A stretch of 64,000 bases of DNA. Origin: the human T2T-CHM13v2.0 reference genome, Homo sapiens. Position 1 is the first letter of the stretch. Every line of letters starts with the position of its first letter. Both the position numbers and the translations under genes were made by a program. Below, in pieces: positions 22,999-58,731 of the stretch. The notes beneath the pieces are model-generated. The model was not told the DNA's origin. It made no database searches and was given only the letters and a program-made list of their open reading frames with translations. The DNA is taken from assembly GCA_009914755.4 (NCBI GenBank), contig CP086569.2, positions 48,416,001-48,480,000 on the forward strand, read 5' to 3'.

Positions 22999-24555
22999 AT
23001 ACGTATACATTATGTATATAATAATATACAGTATCATATATATAATATATATAACCCATGTATAATATTGTTTTACATCCTGCATCTTATATTATATATA
23101 TTGTATAAAATATAATAATTGATAATATATAAGTTTTATATTTATACAATATGACATATAGTATATATTATAATTTATGACATATATAATATATGTTATA
23201 TATCATATATAGAATATATTATACGGTTAATATACGTATTAAATACAAATTATACATTATATATATTATATATAATATATCTGCTATATATAATAACCAT
23301 TATGCATAATATATATATATGTCTATGTTATATATAGTATAAAACAACATATAATAATATATAATTGTATATATAAAATGCGACATATAATATATATTAT
23401 ATTTTATGACATATGTAATATATATTATATATTATATATAATACGTTGTATGTATAATACCTATATTAAATATATATTATATGACTATGTTATTAATTAC
23501 ATGTCACATGTGTTATATATTATTTATTTTACACAGAATATACCGGTTACATACAATATATACTATGTTACCTACAATGTATAATTTATTACATGTAAAA
23601 TAAAGAATGCAATATATTATGTATAATTTATAATATACAATATGTGGAATGTGATATACATAACATATAATATATGATATAGGATATAGAGTATATGATA
23701 TATAACATACAATATATGATACCTAATATATATGGTATACAATATATATTTTATGATATGTATTCTCTATGTTTTATATTCTGTTATATATAACTATTTG
23801 AAATTATATATAACTGTATAATATTCTATGTAAATATGTAATATAATATATATAAAAATATAATATATTATATATAACTATATATAATGTTATATATACT
23901 TTTATAACATAATTTACATAAAATATCATGATATAATATATATTATATTATTTCATATTACATAATATATATTACATATCACCCAATATAAGTAACATAC
24001 ATAATATTATAATATAGATTTTATTATGTTATATTAAATATCATATATGTCATGTATCATATATTCTATAATATATATTATACATTATATAATATGTATG
24101 TTGTCTATTATGTGATATATATAACTATATATATAATTATATTATTATACATATAACGAGATAAACATGAAATTCTACATATTTTCATTTATAATATATA
24201 GAATTATATAATCATATATAATTATTTATATTCTATAAAAATTATATCATTATATAAATTATAATATATAAAAATTGTAATATGTACTACAAATATATAT
24301 ATTATATATCATATATGATATAGTACCTTTGTTATATATCATAATACATATAAATGTGTATTATGTCATCTATAATTATATAATTTCATATATAAGATGT
24401 ATAATATGTATTATATATTATATATGTTATGTAATATATATAGTATATATAAGATGACACAGGATAAATATTATATACTATGACATGTAAAATATATGAG
24501 GTTATATGTTACATATAAGGCATAGCACATAACATGTAATATATATCATATATAA
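22999..24555. repeat. AT-rich low-complexity block, unit 10 (mosaic: A-type variants after a B-type Alu and ORF)
   Basis: 'aacccatg', 'atatctgctat', 'ttatttattttacacagaat', as in units 3 and 4. Confidence 0.8.
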
Positions 24556-24853
24556 TTTTTTTTTAGACAGAGTCTTGTCCTGTTGCACAGGGTGGAGTAC
24601 AACGGCGCCATCTTTGCTCACTGCAACATCTGCCTCACGGGTCCAAGCGATTGTCCTCCCTCAGCCTCCCAGGTAGCTGAGACTACACCACACTGGGACT
24701 ACACCAGCTGCCACCATGCCTAGCTAATTTTTTAGATTTTTAGTAGTGACAGCGTTTCACTGTATTGGCCAGGATGGTCTTGATCTCTTCACCTTGTGAT
24801 CCCCTTGCCTTGGCCTCCAAATTTGCTGGGATTACAGGCCTGAGCCAAGATCC
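24556..24853 (-). mobile_element. Alu, antisense, unit copy 11; subtype A (reversion to A after three B copies)
   Basis: 'gagtc', 'ggagtacaacggcgcc', 'acatctg', 'gtagctgagactac', 'ttttttagattt'. Confidence 0.93.
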
Positions 24854-25416
24854 ATATTTTTTAAATGAAAAAAAATTTCAAAGGTACTCTGTTTGGTACA
24901 ATAATCAAATGTATAAACTGAGGAATAAAACATAACCATGAAACCTACTTATAACTGCATATGGAAAATACAGAGGATAATTTTTTAAATAACATATTTT
25001 GAAAGCCTTAACTAGTAATTTGAAGAGTTGGCATTTGAAAGGCCAGTATGAATATACCTTCAAAGCAGCAACACAGGTTCCCCATGAGAAAAAGCAAACT
25101 CAGGGAAAATAAAACCACAAAGGTTCAATCTCTTCTGACCTTTGAAAGACACAGCACAGACAGTGGTCCTTAGGACGAAGAGCAGGAGACCCCTAATTCC
25201 GTCACCATGGCGATAGGGCATAAACATTGCTGGGTGAGGGCACAATCCACATTGTGAGGTCCAACTGCTGCCAGGAAGACAGGAGTGCTTTTACACAGAC
25301 CGAAAGGTCATTGAAGGCTCAGAGTTTTGTTTCAAGAACTGAATCCCAAGCCCACACGTTATTAGGCTGCGCTTCTTAAAACAAGTTATGAGATGGGAAA
25401 AAGGGCACCCACAAAC

Positions 25417-26975
25417 ATACGTATACATTATGTATATAATAATATACAGTATCATATATATAATATATATAACCTATGTATAATATTGTTTTACATCCTG
25501 CATCTTATGTTATATATATTGTATAAAATATAATAATTAATAATGTATAAGTTTTATATTTATACAATATGACATATAGTATATATTATAATTTATGACA
25601 TATATAATATATGTTATATATCATATATAGAATATATTATACGGTTAATATACGTATTAAATATAAATTATACATTATATATATTATATATAATATATCT
25701 GCTATATATAATACCCATTATGCATAATATATATATTATGTCTATGTTATATATAGTATAAAACAACATATAATAATATATAATTGTATATATAAAATGC
25801 GACATATAATATATATTATATTTTATGACATATGTAATATATATTATATATTATATATAATACGTTGTATGTATAATACCTATATTAAATATATATTATA
25901 TGACGATGTTATTAATTACATGTCAAATGTGTTATATATTATTTATTTTACACAGAATATACCGGTTACATACAATATGTACTATGTTACCTACAATGTA
26001 TAATTTATTACATGTAAAATAAAGAATACAATATATTATGTATAATTTATAATATACAATATGTGGATTGTGATATATATAACATATAATATATGATATA
26101 GGATATACAGTATATGGTATATAACATACAATATATGATACCTAATATATATGGTATACAATATATATTTTATGATATGTATTCCCTATGTTTTATATTC
26201 TGTTATATATAACTATTTGAAATTATATATAACTGTATAATATTTTATGTAAATATGTAATATAATATATATAAAAATATAATATATTATATATAACTAT
26301 ATATTATGTTATATATACTTTTATAACATAATTTATATAAAATATCATAATAAAATATATATTATATTATTTCATATTACATAATATATATTACATATCA
26401 CCCAATATAAGTAACATACATAATATTATAATATAGATTATATTATGTTATATTAAATATCATATATATCATGTATCATATATTCTATAATATATATTAT
26501 ACATTATGTAATATGTATGTTGTCTAATATGTGATATATATAACTATATATATAATTATATTATTATACATATAACTAGATAAACATGTAATTCTACATA
26601 TTTCCATTTATAATATATAGAATTATATAATCATATATAATTATTTATATTCTATAAAAAATTATATCATTATATAAATTATAATATATAAAAACTATAA
26701 TATGTACTACAAATATATATATTATATATCATATATGATATAGTACCTTTGTTATATATCATAATACATATAAATGTGTATTATGTTATCTATAATTATA
26801 TAATTTCATATGTAAGATGTATAATATGTATTATATATTATATATGTTATGTAATATATATAGTATATATAAGATGACACAGGATAAATATTATATACTA
26901 TGACATATAAAATATATGAGGTTATATGTTACATATAAGGCATAGCACATAACATGTAATATATATCATCTATAA
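25417..26975. repeat. AT-rich low-complexity block, unit 11
   Basis: Homologous at unit offset. Confidence 0.8.
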
Positions 26976-27273
<298 letters not shown>

Positions 27274-27836
27274 ATATTTTTTAAATGAAAAAAAATTTCA
27301 AAGGTACTCTGCTTGGTACAATAATCAAATGTATAAACTGAGGAATAAAACATAACCATGAAACCTACTTATAACTGCATATGGAAAATACAGAGGATAA
27401 TTTTTTAAATAACATAGTTTGAAAGCCTTAACTAGTAATTTGAAGAGTTGGCATTTGAAAGGCCAGTATGAATATACCTTCAAAGCAGCAACACAGGTTC
27501 CCCATGAGAAAAAGCAAACTCAGGGAAAATAAAACCACAAAGGTTCAATCTCTTCTGACCTTTGAAAGACACAGCACAGACAGTGGTCCTTAGGACGAAG
27601 AGCAGGAGACCCCTAATTCCGTCACCATGGCGATAGGGCATAAACATTGCTGGGTGAGGGCACAATCCACATTGTGAGGTCCAACTGCTGCCAGGAAGAC
27701 AGGAGTGCTTTTACATAGACCGAAAGGTCATTGAAGGCTCAGAGTTTTGTTTCAAGAACTGAATCCCAAGCCCACACCTTATTAGGCTGCGCTACTTAAA
27801 ATAAGTTATGAGATGGGAAAAAGGGCACCCACAAAC

Positions 27837-29690
<1,854 letters not shown>

Positions 29691-30253
29691 ATATTTTTTA
29701 AATGAAAAAAAATTTCAAAGGTACTCTGCTTGGTACAATAATCAAATGTATAAACTGAGGAATAAAACATAACCATGAAACCTACTTATAACTGCATATG
29801 GAAAATACAGAGGATAATTTTTTAAATAACATATTTTGAAAGCCTTAACTAGTAATTTGAAGAGTTGGCATTTGAAAGGCCAGTATGAATATACCTTCAA
29901 AGCAGCAACACAGGTTCCCCATGAGAAAAAGCAAACTCAGGGAAAATAAAACCACAAAGGTTCAATCTCTTCTGACCTTTGAAAGACACAGCACAGACAG
30001 TGGTCCTTAGGACGAAGAGCAGGAGACCCCTAATTCCGTCACCATGGTGATAGGGCATAAACATTGCTGGGTGAGGGCACAATCCACATTGTGAGGTCCA
30101 ACTGCTGCCAGGAAGACAGGAGTGCTTTTACATAGACCGAAAGGTCATTGAAGGCTCAGAGTTTTGTTTCAAGAACTGAATCCCAAGCCCACACGTTTTT
30201 AGGCTGCGCTTCCTAAAACAAGTTATGAGATGGGAAAAAGGGCACCCACAAAC

Positions 30254-31812
30254 ATACGTATACATTATGTATATAATAATATACAGTATTATATATATAA
30301 TATATATAACCTATGTATAATATTGTTTTACATCCTGCATCTCATATTATATATATTGTATAAAACATAATAATTGATAATATATAAGTTTTATATTTAT
30401 ACAATATGACATATAGTATATATTATAATTTATGACATATATAATATATGTTATATATCATATATAGAATATATTATACGGTTAATATACGTATTAAATA
30501 TAAATTATACATTATATATATTATATATAATATATCTGCTATATATAATATCCATTATGCATAATATATATATTATGTCTATGTTATATATAGTATAAAA
30601 CAACATATAATAATATATAATTGTATATATAAAATGCGACATATAATATATATTATATTTTATGACATAAGTAATATATATTATATATTAGATATAAAGC
30701 GTTGCATGTATAATACCTATATTAAATACATATTATATGACTATGTTATTAATTACATGTCACATGTGTTATATATTATTTATTTTACACAGAATATACC
30801 GGTTACATACAATATATACTATGTTACCTACAATGTATAATTTATTACATGTAAAATAAAGAATGCAATATATTATGTATAATTTATAACATACAATATG
30901 TGGAATGTGATATATATAACATATAATATATGATATATGATATACAGTATATGATATATAACATACAATATATGATACCTAATATATATGGTATACAATA
31001 TATATTTTATGATATGTATTCTCTATGTTTTATATTCTGTTATATATATCTATTTGAAATTATATATAACTGTATAATATTTTATGTAAATATGTAATAT
31101 AATATATATAAAAATATAATATATTATATATAACTATATATTATGTTATATATACTTTTATAACATAATTTACATAAAATATCATAATATAATATATATT
31201 ATATTATTTCATATTACATAATATATATTACATATCACCCAATATAAGTAACATACATAATATTATAATATGGATTATATTATGTTATATTAAATATCAT
31301 ATATATCATGTATCATATATTCTATAATATATATTATACATTATATATTATGTATGTTGTCTATTATGTGATATATATAACTATATATATAATTATATTA
31401 TTATACATATAACTAGATAAACATGTAATTCTACATATTTTCATTTATAATATATAGAATTATATAATCATATATAATTATTTATATTCTATAAAAAATT
31501 ATATCATTATATAAATTATAATATATAAAAATTATAATATGTACTACAAATATATATATTATATATCATATATGATATAGTACCTTTGTTATATATCATA
31601 ATACATATAAATGTGTATTATGTTATCTATAATTATATAATTTCATATATAAGATGTATAATATGTATCATATATTATATATGTTATGTAATATATATAG
31701 TATATATAAGCTGACACAGGATAAATATTATATACTATGAAATATAAAATATATGAAGTTATATGTTACATATAAGGCATAGCACATAACATGTAATATA
31801 TACCATATATAA
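30254..31812. repeat. AT-rich low-complexity block, unit 13
   Basis: Homologous at unit offset. Confidence 0.8.
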
Positions 31813-32110
<298 letters not shown>

Positions 32111-32673
32111 ATATTTTTTAAATGAAAAAAAATTTCAAAAGTACTCTGCTTGGTACAATAATCAAATGTATAAACTGAGGAATAAAACATAACCATGAAA
32201 CCTACTTATAACTGCATATGGAAAATACAGAGGATAATTTTTTAAATAACATATTTTGAAAGCCTTAACTAGTAATTTGAAGAGCTGGCATTTGAAAGGC
32301 CAGTATGAATATACCTTCAAAGCAGCAACACAGGATCCCCATGAGAAAAAGCAAACACAGGGAAAATAAAAACACAAAGGTTCAATCTCTTCTGACCTTT
32401 GAAAGACACAGCACAGACAGTGGTCCTTAGGACGAAGAGCAGGAGACCCCTAATTCCGTCACCATGGCGATAGGGCATAAACATTGCTGGGTGAGGGCAC
32501 AATCCACATTGTGAGGTCCAACTGCTGCCAGGAAGACAGGAGTGCTTTTACATAGACCGAAAGGTCATTGAAGGCTCAGAGTTTTGTTTCAAGAACTGAA
32601 TCCCAAGCCCACACGTTATTAGGCTGCGCTTCTTAAAACAAGTTATGAGATGGGAAAAAGGGCACCCACAAAC

Positions 32674-34230
32674 ATACGTATACATTATGTATATAATAAT
32701 ATACAGTATCATATATATAATATATATAACCTATGTATAATATTGTTTTACATCCTGCATCTTATGTTATATATATTGTATAAAATATAATAATTGATAA
32801 TATATAAGTTTTATAATTATACAATATGACATATAGTATATATTATAATTTATGACATATATAATATATTTTATATGACATATATATAATATATTATAGG
32901 GTTAATATACGTATTAAATATAAATTATACATTATATATATTATATATACTATATCTGTTATATATAATACCCATTATGCATAATATATATATTATGTCT
33001 ATGTTATATATAGTATAAAACAACATATAATAATATATAATTGTATATATAAAATGCGACATATAATATATATTATATTTTATAACATATGTAATATATA
33101 TTATATATTATATATAATACGTTGTATGTATAATACCTATATTAAATATATATTATATGACTATGTTATTAATTACATGTCACATGTGTTATATATTATA
33201 TATTTTACATAGAATATACCGGTTACATACAATATACACTATGTTACCTATAATGTATAATTTATTACATGTAAAATAAAGAATGCAATATATTATGTAT
33301 AATTTATAATATACAATATGTGGAATGTGATATATATAACATATAATATATGATATATGATATACAGTATATGATATATAACATACAATATATGATTCCT
33401 ATTATATATGGTATACAATATATATTTTATGATATGTATTCTATATGTTTTATATTCTGTTATATATAACTATTTGAAATTATATGTAACTGTATAATAT
33501 TTTATGTAAATATGTAATATAATATATATAACTATATAATATATTATATATAACTATATATTATGTTATATATACTTTTATAACATAATTTACATAAAAT
33601 ATCATAACATAATATATATTATATTATTTCATATTACATAATATATATTACATATCACCCAATATAACTAACATACATAATATTATAATATAGATTATAT
33701 TATGTTATATTAAATATCATATATATCATGTATCATATATTCTATAATATATATTACACATTATATAATATGTATGTTGTCTATTATGTGATATATAACT
33801 ATATATATAATTATATTTTTATACATATAACTAGATAAACATGTAATTCTACATATTTTCATTTATAATATGTAGAATTATATAATCATATATAATTATT
33901 TATATTCTATAAAAAATTTTATCATTATATAAATTATAATATATAAAAATTATAATATGTACTACAAATATATATATTATATATCATATATGATATAGTA
34001 CCTTTGTTATATATCATAATACATATAAATGTGTATTATGTTATCTATAATTATATAATTTCATATATAAGATGTATAATATGTATCATATATTATATAT
34101 GTTATGTAATATATATAGTATATATAAGATGACACAGGATAAATATTATATACTATGACATAGAAAATATATGAGGTTATATTTTACATATAAGGCATAG
34201 CACATAACATGTAATATATATCATACATAA
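32674..34230. repeat. AT-rich low-complexity block, unit 14
   Basis: Homologous at unit offset. Private rearranged stretch at about 32860-32900. Confidence 0.8.
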
Positions 34231-34528
34231 TTTTTTTTTAGACAGACTCTTGTCCTGTTGCACAGGGTGGGGTACAATGGCGCCATCTTTGCTCACTGCA
34301 ACTTCTGCCTCACGGGTCCAAGCGATGGTCCTCCCTCAGCCTCCCAGGTAGCTGGGACTACACCACACTGGGACTACACCAGCTGCCACCATGCCTAGCT
34401 AATTTTTTGGATTTTTAGTAGTGACAGCGTTTCACTGTATTGGCCAGGATGGTCTTGATCTCTTCACCTTGTGATCCCCTTGCCTTGGCCTCCAAATTTG
34501 CTGGGATTACAGGCCTGAGCCAAGATCC
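34231..34528 (-). mobile_element. Alu, antisense, unit copy 15; subtype B
   Basis: 'gactcttgtcc', 'ggggtac', 'acttctg', 'agcgatggtcc' (the last shared with copy 8). Confidence 0.93.
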
Positions 34529-35091
34529 ATATTTTTTAAATGAAAAAAAATTTCAAAGGTACTCTGCTTGGTACAATAATCAAATGTATAAACTGAGGAA
34601 TAAAACATAACCATGAAACCTACTTATAACTGCATATGGAAAATACAGAGGATAATTTTTTAAATAACATAGTTTGAAAGCCTTAACTAGTAATTTGAAG
34701 AGTTGGCATTTGAAAGGCCAGTATGAATATACCTTCAAAGCAGCAACACAGTTTCCCCATGAGAAAAAGCAAACACAGGGAAAATAAAAACACAAAGGTT
34801 CAATCTCTTCTGACCTTTGAAAGACACAGCACAGACAGTGGTCCTTAGGACGAAGAGCAGGAGACCCCTAATTCCGTCACCATGGCGATAGGGCATAAAC
34901 ATTGCTGGGTGAGGGCACAATCCACATTGTGAGGTCCAACTGCTGCCAGGAAGACAGGAGTGCTTTTACATAGACCGAAAGGTCATTGAAGGCTCAGAGT
35001 TTTGTTTCAAGAACTGAATCCCAAGCCCACACGTTATTAGGCTGCGCTTCTTAAAACAAGTTATGAGATGGGAAAAAGGGCACCCACAAAC

Positions 35092-36652
35092 ATACGTATA
35101 CATTATGTATATAATAATATACAGTGTCATATATATAATATATATAACCTATGTATAATATTGTTTTACATCCTGCATCTTATGTTATTTATATTGTATA
35201 AAATATAATAATTGATAATATATAAGTTTTATAATTATACAATATGACATATAGTATATATTATAATTTATGACATATATAATATATGTTATATATCATA
35301 TATAGAATATATTATACGGTTAATATACGTATTAAATATAAATTATACATTATATATATTATATATAATATATCTGATATATATAATACCCATTATGCAT
35401 AATATATATATTATGTCTATGTTATATATAGTATAAAACAACATATAATAATATATAATTGTATATATAAAATGCGACATATAATATATATTATATTTTA
35501 TAACATATGTAATATATATTATATATTATATATAATACGTTGTATGTATAATACCTATATTAAATATATATTATATGACTATGTTATTAATTACATGTCA
35601 CATGTGTTATATATTATATATTTTACATAGAATATACCGGTTACATACAATATATACTATGTTACCTATAATGAATAATTTATTACATGTAAAATAAAGA
35701 ATGCAATATATTATGTAAAATTTATAATATACAATATGTGGAATGTGATATATATAACATATAATATATGATATATGATATACAGTATATGATATATAAC
35801 ATACAATATATGATTCCTAATATATATGGTATACAATATATATTTTATGATATGTATTCTATATGTTTTATATTCTGTTATATATAACTATTTGAAATTA
35901 TATATAACTGTATAATATTTTATGTAAATATGTAATATAATATATATAACTATATAATATATTATATATAACTATATATTATGTTATATATACTTTTATA
36001 ACATAATTTACATAAAATATCATAATATAATATATATTATATTATTTCATATTACATAATATATATTACATATCACCCAATATAACTAACATACATAATA
36101 TTATAATATAGATTATATTATGTTATATTAAATATCATATATATCATGTATCATATATTCTATAATATATATTACACATTATATAATATGTATGTTGTCT
36201 ATTATGTGATATATATAACTATATATATAATTATATTTTTATACATATAACTAGATAAACATGTAATTCTACATATTTTCATTTATAATATGTAGAATTA
36301 TATAATCATATATAATTATTTATATTCTATAAAAAATTTTATCATTATATAAATTATAATATATAAAAATTATAATATGTACTACAAATATATATCTATT
36401 ATATATCATATATGATATAGTACCTTTGTTATATATCATAATACATATACATGTGTATTATGTTATCTATAATTATATAATTTCATATATAAGATGTATA
36501 ATATGTATCATATATTATATATGTTATGTAATATATATAGTATATATAAGATGACACAGGATAAATATTATATACTATGACATATAAAATATATGAGGTT
36601 ATATGTTACATATAAGGCATAGCACATAACATGTAATATATATCATATATAA
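35092..36652. repeat. AT-rich low-complexity block, unit 15
   Basis: Homologous at unit offset. Confidence 0.8.
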
Positions 36653-36950
36653 TTTTTTTTTAGACAGAATCTTGTCCTGTTGCACAGGGTGGGGTACAAT
36701 GGCGCCATCTTTGCTCACTGCAAATTCTGCCTCACGGGTCCAAGCGATTGTCCTCCCTCAGCCTCCCAGGTAGCTGGGACTACACCACACTGGGACTACA
36801 CCAGCTGCCACCATGCCTAGCTAATTTTTTGGATTTTTAGTAGTGACAGCGTTTCACTGTATTGGCCAGGATGGTCTTGATCTCTTCACCTTGTGATCCC
36901 CTTGCCTTGGCCTCCAAATTTGCTGGGATTACAGGCCTGAGCCAAGATCC
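36653..36950 (-). mobile_element. Alu, antisense, unit copy 16; subtype B
   Basis: B diagnostics plus private 'gcaaattctg'. Confidence 0.93.
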
Positions 36951-37513
36951 ATATTTTTTAAATGAAAAAAAATTTCAAAGGTACTCTGCTTGGTACAATA
37001 ATCAAATGTATAAACTGAGGAATAAAACATAACCATGAAACCTACTTATAACTGCATATGGAAAATACAGAGGATAATTTTTTAAATAACATATTTTGAA
37101 AGCCTTAACTAGTAATTTGAAGAGTTGGCATTTGAAAGGCCAGTATGAATATACCTTCAAAGCAGCAACACAGGTTCCCCATGAGAAAAAGCAAACTCAG
37201 GGAAAATAAAAACACAAAGGTTCAATCTCTTCTGACCTTTGAAAGACACAGCACAGACAGTGGTCCTTAGGACGAAGAGCAGGAGACCCCTAATTCCGTC
37301 ACCATGGCGATAGGGCATAAACATTGCTGGGTGAGGGCACAATCCACATTGTGAGGTCCAACCGCTGCCAGGAAGACAGGAGTGCTTTTACATAGACCGA
37401 AAGGTCATTGAAGGCTCAGAGTTTTGTTTCAAGAACTGAATCCCAAGCCCACACGTTATTAGGCTGCGCTTCTTAAAACAAGTTATGAGATGGGAAAAAG
37501 GGCACCCACAAAC

Positions 37514-39372
<1,859 letters not shown>

Positions 39373-39935
39373 ATACTTTTTAAATGAAAAAAAATTTCAA
39401 AGGTACTCTGCTTGGTACAATAATCAAATGTATACACTGAGGAATAAAACATAACCATGAAACCTACTTATAACTGCATATGGAAAATACAGAGGATAAT
39501 TTTTTAAATAACATATTTTGAAAGCCTTAACTAGTAATTTGAAGAGTTGGCATTTGAAAGGCCAGTATGAATATACCTTCAAAGCAGCAACACAGGTTCC
39601 CCATGAGAAAAAGCAAACTCAGGGAAAATAAAAACACAAAGGTTCAATCTCTTCTGACCTTTGAAAGACACAGCACAGACAGTGGTCCTTAGGACGAAGA
39701 GCAGGAGACCCCTAATTCCGTCACCATGGCGATAGGGCATAAACATTGCTGGGTGAGGGCACAATCCACATTGTGAGGTCCAACTGCTGCCAGGAAGACA
39801 GGCGTGCTTTTACATAGACCGAAAGGTCATTGAAGGCTCAGAGTTTTGTTTCAAGAACTGAATCCCAAGCCCACACGTTATTAGGCTGCGCTTCTTAAAA
39901 CAAGTTATGAGATGGGAAAAAGGGCACCCACAAAC

Positions 39936-41792
<1,857 letters not shown>

Positions 41793-42355
41793 ATACTTTT
41801 TAAATGAAAAAAAATTTCAAAGGTACTCTGCTTGGTACAATAATCAAATGTATACACTGAGGAATAAAACATAACCATGAAACCTACTTATAACTGCATA
41901 TGGAAAATACAGAGGATAATTTTTTAAATAACATATTTTGAAAGCCTTAACTAGTAATTTGAAGAGTTGGCATTTGAAAGGCCAGTATGAATATACCTTC
42001 AAAGCAGCAACACAGGTTCCCCATGAGAAAAAGCAAACTCAGGGAAAATAAAAACACAAAGGTTCAATCTCTTCTGACCTTTGAAAGACACAGCACAGAC
42101 AGTGGTCCTTAGGACGAAGAGCAGGAGACCCCTAATTCCGTCACCATGGCGATAGGGCATAAACATTGCTGGGTGAGGGCACAATCCACATTGTGAGGTC
42201 CAACTGCTGCCAGGAAGACAGGAGTGCTTTTACATAGACCGAAAGGTCATTGAAGGCTCAGAGTTTTGTTTCAAGAACTGAATCCCAAGCCCACACGTTA
42301 TTAGGCTGCGCTTCTTAAAACAAGTTATGAGATGGGAAAAAGGGCACCCACAAAC

Positions 42356-44211
<1,856 letters not shown>

Positions 44212-44774
44212 ATACTTTTTAAATAAAAAAAAATTTCAAAGGTACACTGCTTGGTACAATAATCAAATGTATACACTGAGGAATAAAACATAACCATGAA
44301 ACCTACTTATAACTGCATATGGAAAATACAGAGGATAATTTTTTAAATAACATATTTTGAAAGCCTTAACTAGTAATTTGAAGAGTTGGCATTTGAAAGG
44401 CCAGTATGAATATACCTTCAAAGCAGCAACACAGGTTCCCCATGAGAAAAAGCAAACTCAGGGAAAATAAAAACACAAAGGTTCAATCTCTTCTGACCTT
44501 TGAAAGACACAGCACAGACAGTGGTCCTTAGGACGAAGAGCAGGAGACCCCTAATTCCGTCACCATGGCGATAGGGCATAAACATTGCTGGGTGAGGGCA
44601 CAATCCACATTGTGAGGTCCAACTGCTGCCAGGAAGACAGGAGTGCTTTTACATAGACCGAAAGGTCATTGAAGGCTCAGAGTTTTGTTTCAAGAACTGA
44701 ATCCCAAGCCCACACGTTATTAGGCTGCGCTTCTTAAAACAAGTTATGAGATGGGAAAAAGGGCACCCACAAAC

Positions 44775-46631
<1,857 letters not shown>

Positions 46632-47194
46632 ATACTTTTTAAATAAAAAAAAATTTCAAAGGTACACTGCTTGGTACAATAATCCAATGTATACACTGAG
46701 AAATAAAACATAACCATGAAACCTACTTATAACTGCATATGGAAAATACAGAGGATAATTTTTTAAATAACATATTTTGAAAGCCTTAACTAGTAATTTG
46801 AAGAGTTGGCATTTGAAAGGTCAGTATGAATATACCTTCAAAGCAGCAACACAGGTTCCCCATGAGAAAAAGCAAACTCAGGGAAAATAAAAACACAAAG
46901 GTTCAATCTCTTCTGACCTTTGAAAGACACAGCACAGACAGTGGTCCTTAGGACGAAGAGCAGGAGACCCCTAATTCCGTCACCATGGCGATAGGGCATA
47001 AACATTGCTGGGTGAGGGCACAATCCACATTGTGAGGTCCAACTGCTGCCAGGAAGACAGGAGTGCTTTTACATAGACCGAAAGGTCATTGAAGGCTCAG
47101 AGTTTTGTTTCAAGAACTGAATCCCAAGCCCACACGTTATTAGGCTGCGCTTCTTAAAACAAGTTATGAGATGGGAAAAAGGGCACCCACAAAC

Positions 47195-49052
<1,858 letters not shown>

Positions 49053-49615
49053 ATACTTTTTAAATGAAAAAAAATTTCAAAGGTACTCTGCTTGGTACAA
49101 TAATCAAATGTATACACTGAGGAATAAAACATAACCATGAAACCTACTTATAACTGCATATGGAAAATACAGAGGATAATTTTTTAAATAACATATTTTG
49201 AAAGCCTTAACTAGTAATTTGAAGAGTTGGCATTTGAAAGGCCAGTATGAATATACCTTCAAAGCAGCAACACAGGTTCCCCATGAGAAAAAGCAAACTC
49301 AGGGAAAATAAAAACACAAAGGTTCAATCTCTTCTGACCTTTGAAAGACACAGCACAGACAGTGGTCCTTAGGACGAAGAGCAGGAGACCCCTAATTCCG
49401 TCACCATGGCGATAGGGCATAAACATTGCTGGGTGAGGGCACAATCCACATTGTGAGGTCCAACTGCTGCCAGGAAGACAGGCGTGCTTTTACATAGACC
49501 GAAAGGTCATTGAAGGCTCAGAGTTTTGTTTCAAGAACTGAATCCCAAGCCCACACGTTATTAGGCTGCGCTTCTTAAAACAAGTTATGAGATGGGAAAA
49601 AGGGCACCCACAAAC

Positions 49616-51472
<1,857 letters not shown>

Positions 51473-52035
51473 ATACTTTTTAAATGAAAAAAAATTTCAA
51501 AGGTACTCTGCTTGGTACAATAATCAAATGTATACACTGAGGAATAAAACATAACCATGAAACCTACTTATAACTGCATATGGAAAATACAGAGGATAAT
51601 TTTTTAAATAACATATTTTGAAAGCCTTAACTAGTAATTTGAAGAGTTGGCATTTGAAAGGCCAGTATGAATATACCTTCAAAGCAGCAACACAGGTTCC
51701 CCATGAGAAAAAGCAAACTCAGGGAAAATAAAAACACAAAGGTTCAATCTCTTCTGACCTTTGAAAGACACAGCACAGACAGTGGTCCTTAGGACGAAGA
51801 GCAGGAGACCCCTAATTCCGTCACCATGGCGATAGGGCATAAACATTGCTGGGTGAGGGCACAATCCACATTGTGAGGTCCAACTGCTGCCAGGAAGACA
51901 GGAGTGCTTTTACATAGACCGAAAGGTCATTGAAGGCTCAGAGTTTTGTTTCAAGAACTGAATCCCAAGCCCACACGTTATTAGGCTGCGCTTCTTAAAA
52001 CAAGTTATGAGATGGGAAAAAGGGCACCCACAAAC

Positions 52036-53891
<1,856 letters not shown>

Positions 53892-54454
53892 ATACTTTTT
53901 AAATAAAAAAAAATTTCAAAGGTACACTGCTTGGTACAATAATCAAATGTATACACTGAGGAATAAAACATAACCATGAAACCTACTTATAACTGCATAT
54001 GGAAAATACAGAGGATAATTTTTTAAATAACATATTTTGAAAGCCTTAACTAGTAATTTGAAGAGTTGGCATTTGAAAGGCCAGTATGAATATACCTTCA
54101 AAGCAGCAACACAGGTTCCCCATGAGAAAAAGCAAACTCAGGGAAAATAAAAACACAAAGGTTCAATCTCTTCTGACCTTTGAAAGACACAGCACAGACA
54201 GTGGTCCTTAGGACGAAGAGCAGGAGACCCCTAATTCCGTCACCATGGCGATAGGGCATAAACATTGCTGGGTGAGGGCACAATCCACATTGTGAGGTCC
54301 AACTGCTGCCAGGAAGACAGGAGTGCTTTTACATAGACCGAAAGGTCATTGAAGGCTCAGAGTTTTGTTTCAAGAACTGAATCCCAAGCCCACACGTTAT
54401 TAGGCTGCGCTTCTTAAAACAAGTTATGAGATGGGAAAAAGGGCACCCACAAAC

Positions 54455-56311
<1,857 letters not shown>

Positions 56312-56874
56312 ATACTTTTTAAATAAAAAAAAATTTCAAAGGTACACTGCTTGGTACAATAATCCAATGTATACACTGAGAAATAAAACATAACCATGAA
56401 ACCTACTTATAACTGCATATGGAAAATACAGAGGATAATTTTTTAAATAACATATTTTGAAAGCCTTAACTAGTAATTTGAAGAGTTGGCATTTGAAAGG
56501 TCAGTATGAATATACCTTCAAAGCAGCAACACAGGTTCCCCATGAGAAAAAGCAAACTCAGGGAAAATAAAAACACAAAGGTTCAATCTCTTCTGACCTT
56601 TGAAAGACACAGCACAGACAGTGGTCCTTAGGACGAAGAGCAGGAGACCCCTAATTCCGTCACCATGGCGATAGGGCATAAACATTGCTGGGTGAGGGCA
56701 CAATCCACATTGTGAGGTCCAACTGCTGCCAGGAAGACAGGAGTGCTTTTACATAGACCGAAAGGTCATTGAAGGCTCAGAGTTTTGTTTCAAGAACTGA
56801 ATCCCAAGCCCACACGTTATTAGGCTGCGCTTCTTAAAACAAGTTATGAGATGGGAAAAAGGGCACCCACAAAC

Positions 56875-58731
<1,857 letters not shown>
